Below are positions 1-12,099 of a stretch of 62,530 nt of DNA, piece by piece. Source of the DNA: Chiloscyllium plagiosum (taxonomy: Eukaryota); assembly GCF_004010195.1 (NCBI RefSeq), contig NC_057720.1, positions 32,122,590 through 32,185,119 of the forward strand, written 5' to 3'. The notes below the pieces were generated by a model, which had not been told where the DNA came from, did no database searches, and saw nothing but the letters and a program-made list of their open reading frames with translations. The translations under genes and the position numbers were made by a program. Position 1 is the stretch's first letter. The number at the start of each line of letters is the position of its first letter.

Positions 1-464
1 GCATAAACAGCTGAAAATTGTCACAGGTTTTTTTTTTGCTGAGGTAGAGGGGAGGGGGCTTGGTGGTGGCAGAGAGGATATTGTCAGTCTGCTATTGAAG
101 ATACATGGAATGACAAAAAAAAACTGATTTCCAGAGGCCAAAAGAATAAAAGCATTGTGTTCATTTTTGTACCATGTTTTAATTCTCCAGCTCAAATCTG
201 TTAATTGCTGGAGTGACTGTTAGCATGGAAAATTACTAAACCAATTATGACAGTATATTACTGAAAGAGATATCTACATCTGGATCCCTACCTTAAAAGT
301 AAATCATAAATCACTAACTTTAACATATCTTTGCTTGCTTCTGTTGATTTGAAACAAAATGATTTCTATATAAGTAAGAACTGAAACCAGTTGTAAATTT
401 AGTTCAAGAAAGATATAATATTGGGGCCTGGTGGCAGCACCTTTCAAAAAAAACCTTCTGATCA

Positions 465-595
465 TTCCCCTCTAGAAGCTGGATTTGATGTTAGCCCAAA
501 GAGATGCAATGCAAGTCTGGTACTTTACTGGCTACAATGTCTGAAGTGAAATGTGTGTGGACTATTCTCAATTCATTTTGGAGAGGTCTGAAAAC
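465..595 (+). mobile_element. Degraded LF-SINE-like fragment; similar piece at about 34520-34650
   Basis: Weak resemblance to the recalled LF-SINE 5' region (...ctggct...gtgaaatg...). Confidence 0.3.
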
Positions 596-613
596 AGAAA
601 ACAGCGTACAATA

Positions 614-950
614 GGGTGTCACAATGGCTCAGTGGTTAGCACTGCTGCCTCATAGTGCCAGGGATAGGTTCGATTCCTCCCTCAGGCGAATGTCTGTGTG
701 GAGTGTGCATGTTCTCCTCATGTCTACATGTTTCCTATGGGTGCTCTGGTTTCCTCCCACAGTCCAGAGAAGTATAGGGTTAAGTGGATTGGCCATGCTC
801 AACTGCCCATAGTGTCTGGGGATGTGCAGGCTAGGTGGATTGGTCATGGGAAATGCAGGGTCACAGGGATTGGGTGGGATGCTCTTTGGAGGGTCAGAGT
901 AGACTTACTGGGGCTGAATAGCCTGTTTTCACGCTGTAGGAATTCTTATG
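614..950 (+). mobile_element. tRNA-derived V-SINE (HE1-like)
   Basis: A-box tggctcagtgg, B-box ggttcgattcc, V-domain-like core, CR1-like tail. Confidence 0.85.
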
Positions 951-1390
951 GTTGTGGTAATTTGGGAATTTCACTTTGACAGACTTTGACATACGCAATG
1001 TTGAAATGGGAACACATATTGAGCTGATGTTGCTGCCAAAATAAGGATCAGGCTGGTGATATTACCCATAAAATATGCATAATTATTATATTGGTTTGAG
1101 ATGAGTAGATACACTATTAAATTCAAATATCCAAGTTTGTATTGCTCCTCCATTAGCTTTGCCAGGATGACAGCTCATCCTCTTCCTCACCATTGACATC
1201 CAGTGAATGTCATGAAGTTGTGTAGTTATCTTGGAAATGCAAATACACTTAAGACTCGTAATTAATAGTAAGCACCCATTTGTTAAGATGATAGTGGCAA
1301 GGTCTACCTCTTGACATTGAAGATTTACACATTAAAGGAGAAAACAGTACAAATGTTGCAAGTCTCTGATACCCCATCTGAAGAGTTTCT

Positions 1391-1428
1391 GATCTATTTA
1401 TAAAATAGATCTATTTATAAAATAGATC
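1391..1428. repeat. 17-bp tandem duplication forming overlapping near-palindromes
   Basis: gatctatttataaaata x2 followed by gatc. Confidence 0.8.
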
Positions 1429-1689
1429 AAGAAGCATTTCTGAAAGAGGCAGTGATCAGGTAGTAGGCTGTTGCCTTGAATTCCCTATAGCTGATTGCAA
1501 AATGCAAAATATAGGCAGCATATTTTCACCTCAACCAGGCAGTCTGTGGAAAAGGACGCCAAGACGGGGAATAAAGAAAAGATATCAAACTAATGTCAAG
1601 CAAGTAGGATTTACTTCATACACATTTGTATATGCATATTAACACATGAGGATAAAAATTATGGTCACGCTACATACTTCTTGCACACC

Positions 1690-1947
1690 CTGGATTTTAA
1701 TTGATCACCATGGGTGGCTGTGGCTTCATCTGCCTAGGTCCGAAGCATCATAATTCCCTAACTAAACCTCCCCTCCTTTCTACCTTTTAGTTCATAAAAC
1801 ATACTTCTTTAATCAAGCTTCTGGTCACCTCCCAACTTCTCTGTGTGTCGTTCAGCGTCAGGTTTTATTCACTGGCACTCCCGTGAGACATTTTGGGACA
1901 TTTTACTTAGTTAAAGATGCAGTTTAAATGCAAGTTCTTGTTGTTGT
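1690..1947 (+). mobile_element. L2-type LINE 3' end; similar relics at about 8150-8365, 16750-17930, 39070-39700, 61180-61560
   Basis: ttgggacattttacttagttaaagatgcagtttaaatgcaagttcttgttgttg tail. Confidence 0.6.
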
Positions 1948-2329
1948 CCCTCTGCAGTATTTCAGCCTGCATTCACGTACCGCAGAAAGATTGTTAGATT
2001 AACGTCAAGACAGGGTTAATACTATCCCACCAGTGGTTATTTTTATGTGCATTTACGCAAAGTATCATGATCAGTGAAAACAGTAAACATGAAAAACGCA
2101 ATATGTTAAAAACTTTCCATTAAACTATTCATTATTGAAAAAAAAGCCAGCCAGCGGGGAGCAAACCAGTTTCTTACGCTTGTGGCTTGTAACGTTGATT
2201 ATCTGCCACGTCCTCTGCCTACCCCCTGTGGAGAATGGAAATTGATGGACAATTGAGGGTCTTCAAATCTCCTTTCAACAAGCATTAAATGAACTTTGTG
2301 AACTTCTATGTTTTACTTTAGGTTTAAAA

Positions 2330-2465
2330 AAAAATCTTGCTGCCCGGACCTCCGGTGATTTTCTGACCCGACTCCCAAACTCTCATGAATGTCGTGGATG
2401 TCCCAACTCCCACAGAAACCGAGTGGATAATTGAGTGCGGATAATGGGATCGAGGTTCCCCTGTA
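2330..2465. mobile_element. One end of a pogo/Tigger-like DNA transposon or MITE
   Basis: Minus strand TA|CAGGGGAACCTCGA...TTATCCG resembles Tigger terminal inverted repeats (TIRs) with a TA target. No partner TIR found. Confidence 0.5.
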
Positions 2466-4449
2466 ATCTGAAGCCCTTTAATTGGATTATAGTTGTATCC
2501 TATGTACATGACACTGTACCTTATCCAAATGCAAAATAAAATTGTCTTATCCTCAATGCAATTCATGTGATGGATGCCATGTAAGGAGGTCACATTACAA
2601 AAATTTGCAATCTGTTACTCCATTCGGGCTGAAGGTAACTAATACATCTCTTACCAATCGGCTGTTTGGTCAGATTTCATGCCACCATAACCTGAACAAA
2701 AAAAAATTAGGAGACACCTGTTTATGAATTAAATCTTTAAAATGTTACCATAAATGCGCTGAATTCTAGAATTTTGACAATAAAAACAAATCCCTCAAGT
2801 CTTTTAGATTTCTTCAGGACAAAAAAGTTACTTTGTTATAATCTGAAGTTAATAGAGATGTAAACCTTTTCCGTAAAATTGCTTGACATTAAGTGAGGTT
2901 TGTAGACATGAAGTTTGTTAAATTCATTCCAGTAAAGAATCTTGCCAATGATACAAGGATTGTAGTAAGAAGGTTTTGTAATAATGAGGTTTATTAGAAC
3001 AGAAATAATCCATTTCCATTCGCTGTAGGTTTGCGAGAGCACTTAACAACAGTTACTAGAAGCTGATTGTTTAGTGGGGGTACGCTGTGCTCCTAGCTCA
3101 CTGAAGTTCAAATGCACATTTACATGCACATAGTTCTGTTTTTGTAATATAAAGTAAGGCAGGCAGTCGTGGACATCACACCATCAATCAGGACCCTTTT
3201 CTAGGGTGCCCTGATCTCCCCATTCCCTAGGCAACCAGCAAACAAAGCCATCATTTTCCCAATTTTCACAGACACAGGTGCTGACACAATAACCGCTTCC
3301 TTCTGCAGTGAAAGGGAGGTTAGGAACAGGTTCATGGGAACCCACGCTGACACGCTCGTGCAGTTGAGCTGTCGGCCATCCGCTCTCCCATGAAAGGAGG
3401 CTAATTTGTTGTAACTGTGTTCCCAGGAGATTTGACATATCCTCAAGTAAAAGAAGGGAATTAATCTAAACTTCTGATAGGTTCTACTTGGGTAATCGTG
3501 CGTTAAAATAAAACTTGCCACCGCCGCCACTTATTTCAGAATCTGCTGCAGCCTTTCCTTCAATTTAAACAGTGAATAAAAAGTTGCGTATAGCGTTATG
3601 GACAATTGGGATGGCTATTAAAGCTGCACATTGAGGGATTTAGATGGTATTAGAAACCACGGAGCAGAGTTTCAATGGTAAATAACTGTCATCTGAACCC
3701 AGCGATTCAATCACTGTCTTGCAATTAATGTTGAGACTATGGTTATGACAAGATATACTGTGAGCCAAATAAGTTTAATAAACTCATTTCTGATTCCTTT
3801 TTATGGGCTGACACTGCAGACCAATAAAATGTGTCCATGTAATCCATGTGGTTGGCATTCATGGATAATTATTGTAATTAAAATACTGCAATGTTAGCAA
3901 CAAATAATTTGATGGACATTGTAGGAACTTTAATAGTGAAGCAGAATATAGGTTACAAAAAAAATCTGTTTTGGTGCTGTAAGTCAGAAGTGAGTGTTGG
4001 TACTTGGTGTAGTATCCAGTGGTGGTTAATATATAGAGGGTGAGATTGATATGTTGCTATTTATAGTATTAAAGCAAATTTTAATTTAGCCAATGATGAA
4101 TAATAGTATTAATCAGGTGGCCTTCCACTCAAACTCATCCACTTTGGGAGAGGGGATTTTTGATTTCATATCTTAAGATATCTTCCTGTTTAAACTCAGC
4201 TATCTCAGTCAGGTCAGCTTCCTAACCTTGACCTTGCTTTACTTTTGGGATGAGCTTTGTATTTGGTTTGGGAATCTGTCTATGCTTCAAAAGATCTAAA
4301 ATGGTGGGATAAAATATTACTTTGTAGTGGGTTATTCTAATTTTCTCTAAACGGATTTTCTGATCAAAAAATCTACACAGTAAGAACTTAATTCAGAAAA
4401 TGGCCAATTTTTTTTGCTGTCCAGAAATATCTTTCCCTTTTCCTGACAG

Positions 4450-4533
4450 ATTACTGAAGATCTGAAGCAACTGCTGGTAGCTCCTTTCAGATCCTTCTAT
4501 CTGAAGAGCAATCTCTAATATTATGTAACTATG
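4450..4533 (+). CDS. Exon 1 of unidentified + strand gene (mostly 5'UTR, candidate start ATG 4531-4533)
   Basis: Acceptor tttcccttttcctgacag, donor ATG|gtgagt, 84 nt. Frame 0 reads ITEDLKQLLVAPFRSFYLKSNL*YYVTM with TAA at 4516-4518. After splicing to exon 2 the ATG has A at -3 and G at +4. Confidence 0.6.
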
Positions 4534-5557
4534 GTGAGTTTGTTTCACAGGCTTCCACTGTCAGGCCGGAGTCCAGGTAATGATGCCACTCTCACGGCAC
4601 CACCAGAATTTATGTACATTTGCCTGATCAAGATGCCAGGAAATGGGTGTCAAGTGAAAATGAAGTGGCAGCATGACATAACGGTCTCCACTTCAGTTAC
4701 TTCAGCTTGATGCTCCAGAGCCGACTCCTCACAGGAGATAATATTTGCTTCTGGTTTCATTTCCAGAATATGTTGCACAGAACCATGTAAGGGTGCCAAT
4801 GATCTTAAGTATATGAATCCTGCTTTAACCTTCCCTTCAGTACTATTGACTGGGCACAGAGGCCACTGTATCTTATGTTTATCTAAGCCCACTGTTTTAT
4901 CCACAGTCCTGTTGTGAGCCTCCTGTTGATTCCAAAAATGTTTTAAATCTACCAAAACTGATGCAAGCCGAGTGCTCTGTTGTGCTTTTTACTGCATTGT
5001 TGAAAGTAAAATACAATGTATCCATGAGAAGGGGAGACAGTGGAAATCATATTGCTTTTACTTGGAATTAAAAATTGACTGCAAAGATAAAATAGTGCTG
5101 TTCATTGGTGGGAAGAAAGCTAAATGTTTCATTTTGTTTTTAGTGCCCTTTGGAATTGTGTTTTACATAAAATCTGTTCCTGCCTCAGTTTAGTGAGTAC
5201 TAAAATTTAACCTTTTTTTGCACACACAGAATATCCCTTGCTGATAAATTGTCAAATGGCCTGGTTGAACTGATCTCTATCAGAGATAAAGAACCTGACA
5301 AGTGTAACATAATGCTGTTGATTGTAATGGTAACGTAACTGTTGTTCTGTTGTCTTATTGCACAATGTCACACCAGTTAGTTAAATGAACGGTTATAGGA
5401 AAGAATACCTGCCCAGAAACTCTAATGACACCACAATCTGTTGTAATAGCAACTTATTCAAAATGCATTTTACATCTTTAGCTTATTAATGTTATTGTCT
5501 CCTGAATGTACTGCACAAATTTATTATATATTTCACAAAAACTGAAAACTGAAAGAA

Positions 5558-6680
5558 TTTATAGACCAGTGAGCCTTACATCCGTTGTTGGAAAGGTTTT
5601 GGAAAGGATTATAAGAAATAAGATTTATAATCATCTAGCAAGCAACAATTTGATTTCAGATAGTCAACATGGTTTCGTCAAGGTTAGGTCATGTCTCACA
5701 AACCTCATTGAGTTTTTTGAGAAGGTGACCAACATGTAGATGAGGGTAGGGCAGTTGACGTGGTATACATGGACTTCAGTAAAGCCTTTGATAAGGTTCC
5801 ACATAGTAGGCTGTTGGAGAAAATGCAGAGAGATGGAATTGAGGGTGATTTAGCAGTTTGGATTAGAAACTGGCTTTCTGAAAAAAGGCAGCAAGTGGTG
5901 GTTGATGGAAAACATTCAGCCTGGAGTCTGGTTACTAGTGGTGTGCCACAAGGATCTGTTTTGGGACCACTTCTGTTTGTCATTTTTATAAATGACTTAG
6001 ACGCAGGCATAGGTGGATGGATTAGTAAATTTGCAGNNNNNNNNNNNNNNNNNNNNNNNNNNNNNNNNNNNNNNNNNNNNNNNNNNNNNNNNNNNNNNNN
6101 NNNNNNNNNNNNNNNNNNNNNNCGCTGGTGCAGCCACACTTGGAATATTGTGTACAGTTCTGGTCCCCATATTTCGGGAAGGATGTGGAAGCATTGGAAA
6201 AGTTGCAGAGGAGATTTACCAGGATGTTGCCTGGTCTGGAGGGAAGGTCTTATGAGGAAAGGCTGACAGACTTGAACCTGTTCTCATTTGCAGGAAGAAG
6301 GATAAGAGGAGATTTGATAGAGGCATACAAGATGATCAGAGGATTAGATAGGGTAGACAGTGAAAGTCTTTTTCCTAGGATGATGACGTCAGTGTGTATG
6401 AGGGGGCATAACTACAAATTGAGGGGTGATAGATTTAAGACAGATATCAGAGGCACAGTTCTTTACGCAGAGAGTGGTGAGGGTGTGAAATGCCCTCCCT
6501 GCTAATGTAGTCAACTCAGCCACATTAGGGAGATTTAAACAATCCTTAGATAAGCACATGGATGATTTTGGGATAGTGTAGAGGGACGAGCTGAGAATAG
6601 TTCACAGGTCGGCGCAACATCGAGGGCCGAAGAGCAGGTTTTGCGCTGTATTGTTCGATGTTTTATGTTCTGTGTTCTAA
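5558..6680 (+). mobile_element. CR1 LINE 3' part (RT and tail)
   Basis: [45 protein letters not shown] motifs. (tgttcta)n-like tail. Confidence 0.95.
6037..6122. other. Assembly gap (86 N)
   Basis: Run of n within the CR1 RT region. Confidence 1.
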
Positions 6681-7196
6681 CTGTGGATACTGTAAATCAG
6701 AAGCAAAAGCAGAAATTGTTGGAGAAGCTCAACAGGTCTGGCAGCATCTGTGAAGAGAAGTCAGAACTTTCAATTCTGAGGAAGGGTCTCCAAACCTGAA
6801 ACATTAGCTCTGATTTCTCTGCACAGATGCTGCCAGATCCGCTGAGCTCTTCTAGTAACTTCTCGTTTTGTTTCTCATATTATATATTTCTTTTAGCCTG
6901 ATGATCATCAAGTAAGTTATTCTAAATGAATAATACAGAGGAGCCAGAAAGAATCTTTAATCACCTCTAAAATGTTTACTATTTGTATATTCCCAATATC
7001 CTCAATGGTTGTGGAGGATAAACACTTTTAAATAGTTATAAAACTTGATGCAGCAGCTTGATGTTGTATAATGGGTCTGTGGGCCAAGGGTTTGTTTGTT
7101 AAGTAAATGGAAGTAAATGTTTCTCCTTCATCTGCAATCTACAGACAATCTATCACTGAATGGCATTCTTTCTCTTGATTGCCATACTGCTGTTTT

Positions 7197-7295
7197 CGGT
7201 GCAAAAAAACAGATGCTGCCGGACCTGTTGAGCTTTTCAAGCAATTTCTGTTTTTGTTTCTGATTTACAGCATCTTCAGTTTTTCGGTTTTTATT
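7197..7295 (+). mobile_element. Family B PLE-derived fragment
   Basis: cagatgctgccggacctgttgagcttttc motif. 9-bp TSD tgctgtttt (7188-7196/7296-7304). Confidence 0.65.
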
Positions 7296-7306
7296 TGCTG
7301 TTTTAA

Positions 7307-7745
7307 GAGGGATTGATTAGCTCAGTTGGCTGGATCACTGGTTTGTGATGGAGAGTAACACAGTGCAATGTGATGCCAACAGCATGTGCCCAATTCCTGC
7401 AGCAGCTGAGATTAGCATAAAAGACTCTCTTTCTCAACCTCTCCCCTCACCTGAGGTGTGGTGACCATTAGATTAAACCACCACCAGTAGTCCTATGTCC
7501 AGTGAGACTGTTTTAATTTTGCTCTAAATCAGTGAATATGAGTAAAGTTGGGGTTCATTTACTCAGTTAGCTGGACAGCTGGTTTGTGATAGAGAGTGAC
7601 ACCAACAGGGTTGGTTCAATTCCAAATCAGCTGCCCTTTGCCTGGGGTGTGGTGACCCTCAGGTTAAACCACCACCAGTTCCTTCTCTCTAATGAGAGAG
7701 GAGTCCTGTGGTCTGGTAAGGATATAGTGACTCAACTTTTACCTT
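7307..7745 (+). mobile_element. Two tandem copies of a third tRNA-derived SINE family
   Basis: ctcagtt(g/a)gctgga head and ggtgtggtgacc...ttaaaccaccaccagt core at 7307-7510 and 7550-7745. Confidence 0.7.
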
Positions 7746-8694
7746 GTGTGTGGTTAAAGCTGAAAAGCTAATGGAAGTATTTTTTTTCAATGTGGCCAGG
7801 ATAAAATATTATGCTGTGCCCAACTTTTAAAAATTTGCTTAATTTCATCGGTATCTTAGTCACAATTTCCGAGCAACATACAGATTGGAGCAAGACAGCC
7901 ATCTGCTTTCTGGGTTATGACTGGGGGAGAGTAGAATAAGGAGAATGGAATAAGACAGAGATCTTAGGTGTGAGGGACCCTCTTCCTCAATACATTAAGC
8001 ATGCACTTAATATAGATACAAATGCAATTTTTCTTTGATATTAAAAAGAGCTTGTATCATTAAAAGGGCACAAGTCAAAAGAAAATGACAGAGCATGCAT
8101 TGACTTCTTTCAGAGGATGAGATCAAGTTGCTGTCCTTGTTTGCTTATCTACATTAGTTCCCAGTTAAGCAACACTTCTATTTTAAAATTCTCTATCTTG
8201 TTTACAAATCCCTTAGCCTTATCACTTCCTTTCTTTGTAACTCAGTAGTACACCAGAGCATTTGGACATCACCTTATGTACCTCAGTACTACATGTTGTT
8301 TTAGAATGTTCCCTTGAAGCATCTTAAGACATTCTGTTGTGGCAATAGGAGTATTGCTGTTGTTACCACAAGGATTGTTCTTAGTCTATTCAGTATTTAA
8401 ATCTTTTATATCTTCAGCGGTGGCACGGTGGAACTAGGATGATCCACAATATTTCAGTAATTTATTTCTTTAGCGTGCCGATGAAGGGAAACATCTGCTT
8501 GCATTTAAATTCAGCACATTTAAGCTCCCGTACATGTTCAAGGTTGTCGTTTATATCATTAGATAAACTGTGCAGCTCATGTTAAAGCTGATAATCAAAG
8601 TAGGATTTCTCACCAAATTAATTCCAAGGATGCAGTGAATTATAATTTGGATTTTGTTGGCTAATATGTGCATATTTTTATTTTATGATTTTAG

Positions 8695-8768
8695 GCTTTT
8701 TTGGAATTCAGCCTCCCTCTGCAGCTAATCATCGAGACACTGGAATGTATCAACCTTATAACTATAGG
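8695..8768 (+). CDS. Exon 2 (AFLEFSLPLQLIIETLECINLITIG), phase 0->2
   Basis: Acceptor tttttattttatgattttag, donor AGG|gtaata, open frame, phase fits both neighbours. Confidence 0.7.
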
Positions 8769-8999
8769 GTAATATTGAAATAGTTTGTTTAATGGTACCT
8801 GTGATTCTTATTGTCAGAAATGATCACTTCCTTTGCAGTAAATTAACTTTGTCAGTGAAGCTATTTAACTTGATTCACCGTTTATTGGAATGGTATTGCA
8901 ATTTAGTAGGTTGCAGATTAATTCTGTTGGTCCTTTAGAGAACTTTGTTCTTACCTTCTCCCCTCTAATTGCCTGAGAGAGCTAATTTAAGCTCAAAAC

Positions 9000-9340
9000 C
9001 TTTCTGCGCAGTTCTACAAATTGGAGACCAAGGGCCAGATTATCAGACACTGAGTCAGAGGAACCTGACTGATGCTAAACCGCTCAGCAGGCTCTCCAAG
9101 ATGAAGGCCTATGTCTGTGGACTCGGGAAGGGGAGGGATGTAGTGATTGTAATGGAGTCAACTGGCTGGACATCATGGATGATTGGGCCTCTTAGTCTGG
9201 TCCAACCTGGCTGACTGATAAAAAGGGAGTGTCAGATATATGACATTCTGGTACCTGACTCTCTTTGTGGCAATATTAAAGTCTAAGACTGTTCATGTGT
9301 AAATAAAGGGTGACTTGGTGATGGGATACTGGCCTCTTTT
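9000..9340 (+). mobile_element. LTR retrotransposon 3' end (polypurine tract plus LTR)
   Basis: aaggggaggga (9128-9138) directly followed by TGTAGTG. aataaa at about 9302. Confidence 0.55.
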
Positions 9341-9974
9341 CCATTGGGAAATCACAAAAGATTCCCATTTTTCACAAAGTTACTAATATATTCTAGCAAT
9401 ATTAAATATACCTGCCTTGCAAGTAAAAGGAAAGGCGATACACTCTCTCCCACTGATTGCTAGAATTCAGTCACTATCCAAAGGAAATACAACAACATAA
9501 TTTCCAAAATTCTGCAAAACTAAGAATCTCAAAATCAACTGCTACCAGTGCCATCCAATAATAGCAACAGTATTATCTTATCTGTTCTTCATGAACAATT
9601 CAGAATCCGAGTTGCAGTTTTTATTTTGCCTCTTTCTCTTTGGACCCACCCCCATTTCTTTGTGTTTATGTGTGTTGCATTATTCACTTTTACTCATCAA
9701 TAAACACTCTTTTCTGTTATTTCAAGAAGGTCTGGTTATATTGACTATTTTTGGAATATAATTTCATTTGGGTCTGGGAGAAAGATATTCCACAAGGGAA
9801 GGGATCCTTTTGATATTAACCATGTTGTGAGTAATCCAGGGTGGGAGGAGGTCAATCACCAGGGGGAGCTAGGGAGCCAACTCCCTCACCCTGAGTTTCA
9901 CAATTTGGGGGTCCAGTGTGGAACCAGGGGAGCCTCTCGAGTTTTCTTGTCTTAACAGAATCCAAATACTACCC

Positions 9975-10255
9975 ATCATAGAATCATAGAATCCTTACAG
10001 TGTGAAGGCAGGCCATTCAGCCCCTTGAGTTCACACTGACCTGCTGAAGAGCATCCCTCCCAGACCCACCCCGTACCCTATCACTGTAAACCTGCATTCC
10101 CCATGGCGAATCCACCTAATCTACACATCCCTGGACACTACAGGCAATTTAGCAACTGTGCACTATTGGAGGAAACCGGAGCACCTGGAGGTAAGCCATG
10201 CAGATATGGGGAAAATGTGCAAACTCCACACTGACAATTGCCCAAGGCTGGAATT
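9975..10255 (-). mobile_element. V-SINE, 5' truncated
   Basis: Reverse complement of the tail and V-domain, ends at the B-box. Confidence 0.8.
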
Positions 10256-11085
10256 AGTGTAGTTTGGTGTTTTTTTTGGTCACCGTCGATATGGTAGGCC
10301 GAAGGGCCTGTTTCTATGTTGTATGACTCTGTAACTCTATAATTGTAAGATGGCAGACAAAGAGAATCTCCCATTCTTACAGCCTCCTTGAGGCATATTG
10401 GAAAGACTTAGAGATTAGCAAAATAACCTGCTTAGCATGGACTGACTAAACCGAAGGATCTATTTCCATACTGTATGACTCTATGACTCTGTGGCTACAT
10501 TACAAACACACCTACCATGGTAAATATGCTTGACATGAAACACAAATCCAAGTTTCTGGTGCAAAGATAGGCATATTACCATCATGCACCAAATCATCCT
10601 CATAATGGGTGTAAATGTATTTTGAATATAGTAATTTATCCTATGTACTGTTTGGTGGAAATAGCAGTGCACAAATTGGTTGTTGTATTTGCCTAGGTTT
10701 CAACAGTAAGTACACATATAAAATGATTGTGAAATGCTCTGGTTTGTCCTGAGAAAGGAGCTTTGTGGATGGAAGTTCATTGTCTCTCCCCATTATTCAA
10801 CATAATTAAGGAGAGCTGATTTTGGAATGAGAAATGTTCACTGCTGCAGCAAGGAATATTGTCCAGAGATTGATATTAAAATGCATTATTTTTGCGGGCA
10901 AAATTAAACTTTACACTGACTACACCTTTTTCTACTCAAGTCTGTGCAGGCAGGCATGCAATCTGATACTCAGTTCAAAAAGTGGAAAAACCTTCCAAAT
11001 TCCAATATTTGAGTGTATAAGCAAATGATTAGTATTATGCTCACAGAGAATATGATGCAATTTTTTATGTTTTTTCCTGTTTTAG

Positions 11086-11188
11086 AAAGGTTCCAATATG
11101 TAACTTCTTCTCATTGAACTCTGCGGAACTGGTGAATATTTGCTGTCTTTTAGTGAGCACAGTGAAACTGGATAAAGATACTGGACAG
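11086..11188 (+). CDS. Exon 3 (KVPICNFFSLNSAELVNICCLLVSTVKLDKDTGQ), phase 2->0
   Basis: Long polypyrimidine acceptor ending cctgttttag, donor CAG|gtaact, 103 nt open. Confidence 0.75.
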
Positions 11189-12099
11189 GTAACTGTGTGC
11201 GCAAAATTAAAGCATCAAATGTTACCAATATCAACTTTCTGTTCTTGAAAGTTTTAGGACTAATTAAACAGCAGAACAAGATTACCAGTCATCTATTCAT
11301 AACAAAGACCATGCCTTTCATCTCCAGTGCACTTTTTCAGTTTCAAAAGATGAAATATTCCTCTAGGGAATTGTGAACAGTCTTAACGTGCCTACAAATA
11401 ACTGTGAAAAACTGTCCATAATTCTTCAGTTAATTTATCCTTTATGTTCAATGATATTTACAGGAATGGTTTGATTAGGAAATTAAAGTTGCACTAACGT
11501 GGCAAAAGCAAACTGAATTTGAAGATCAGGTACACCTGTGGCACATTAACTATATCCTATCCAGAGTACCAACTCCAAAATAATGTTTCTTCTGAGTAAT
11601 CCCATCTGTCTCAGAAATTACTCAATGGGATTGACTTTATTGTTTGGTGTACAACTTGTAGGGTGCCTGTATTTGTCAAACACTGGTGCTTTAATAAGCT
11701 CGAAGTCACTTTATAACTTCGACTATATTTGCATTGACCTGGAAGTTCATGGTGCTCTGATGCTGCTTGGTGATCGAAGAAAACCAGAAATCTAGTGGTT
11801 TGGATAAATGGGAAAGGAATGATGGATGCAACCTGGAGCGGGAATGTGGCTGAAAATAGTTCCTCTATTTCCTTTTTAGAATGTATTGGGGACTCATTGA
11901 AGTGTGTGAACGCTTTAAATTTTTTGTATGATCATGCATGTGCGATAACTTAAAGACTGACTTACGTGTGGTCTGGACAAGAAGATTGGGATTGTTGTGT
12001 GGCCAAATGGAGTACAGAGAATATTGATGGCTGTTGATATTATGGTTCCTTCTGCTCCCACATAAATAACAGATGAAAACTATTTTGGACTATTTATTA

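Larger units (their letters stand above)
5535..6877. mobile_element. Palindromic PLE-derived short element (family B) split by a nested CR1
   Basis: 13-bp TSD tattatatatttc (5522-5534/6878-6890). Inverted arms 6695-6765 vs 6805-6875. Decayed hammerhead CTGAGGA...GAAAC at 6776-6802. Confidence 0.7.

Noticed and set aside
2324..2692. Apparent minus-strand exons (GYGGMKSDQTADW plus ORF 2324..2593)
   Set aside because: The downstream part runs through a Tigger-like terminus, and no consistent minus-strand exon chain extends it.
4455..4500. Imperfect hairpin gaagatctgaag...ctttcagatccttc as pre-miRNA
   Set aside because: Too short and bulged, overlaps exon 1, and no recognisable mature miRNA.
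5705..6266. Long ORFs spanning X residues
   Set aside because: Artefacts of the N gap within a CR1.
9560..9915. Second LTR ending in CA with a tRNA-Pro-like primer binding site
   Set aside because: The primer binding site match is only partial and no 5' boundary or TSD was found.
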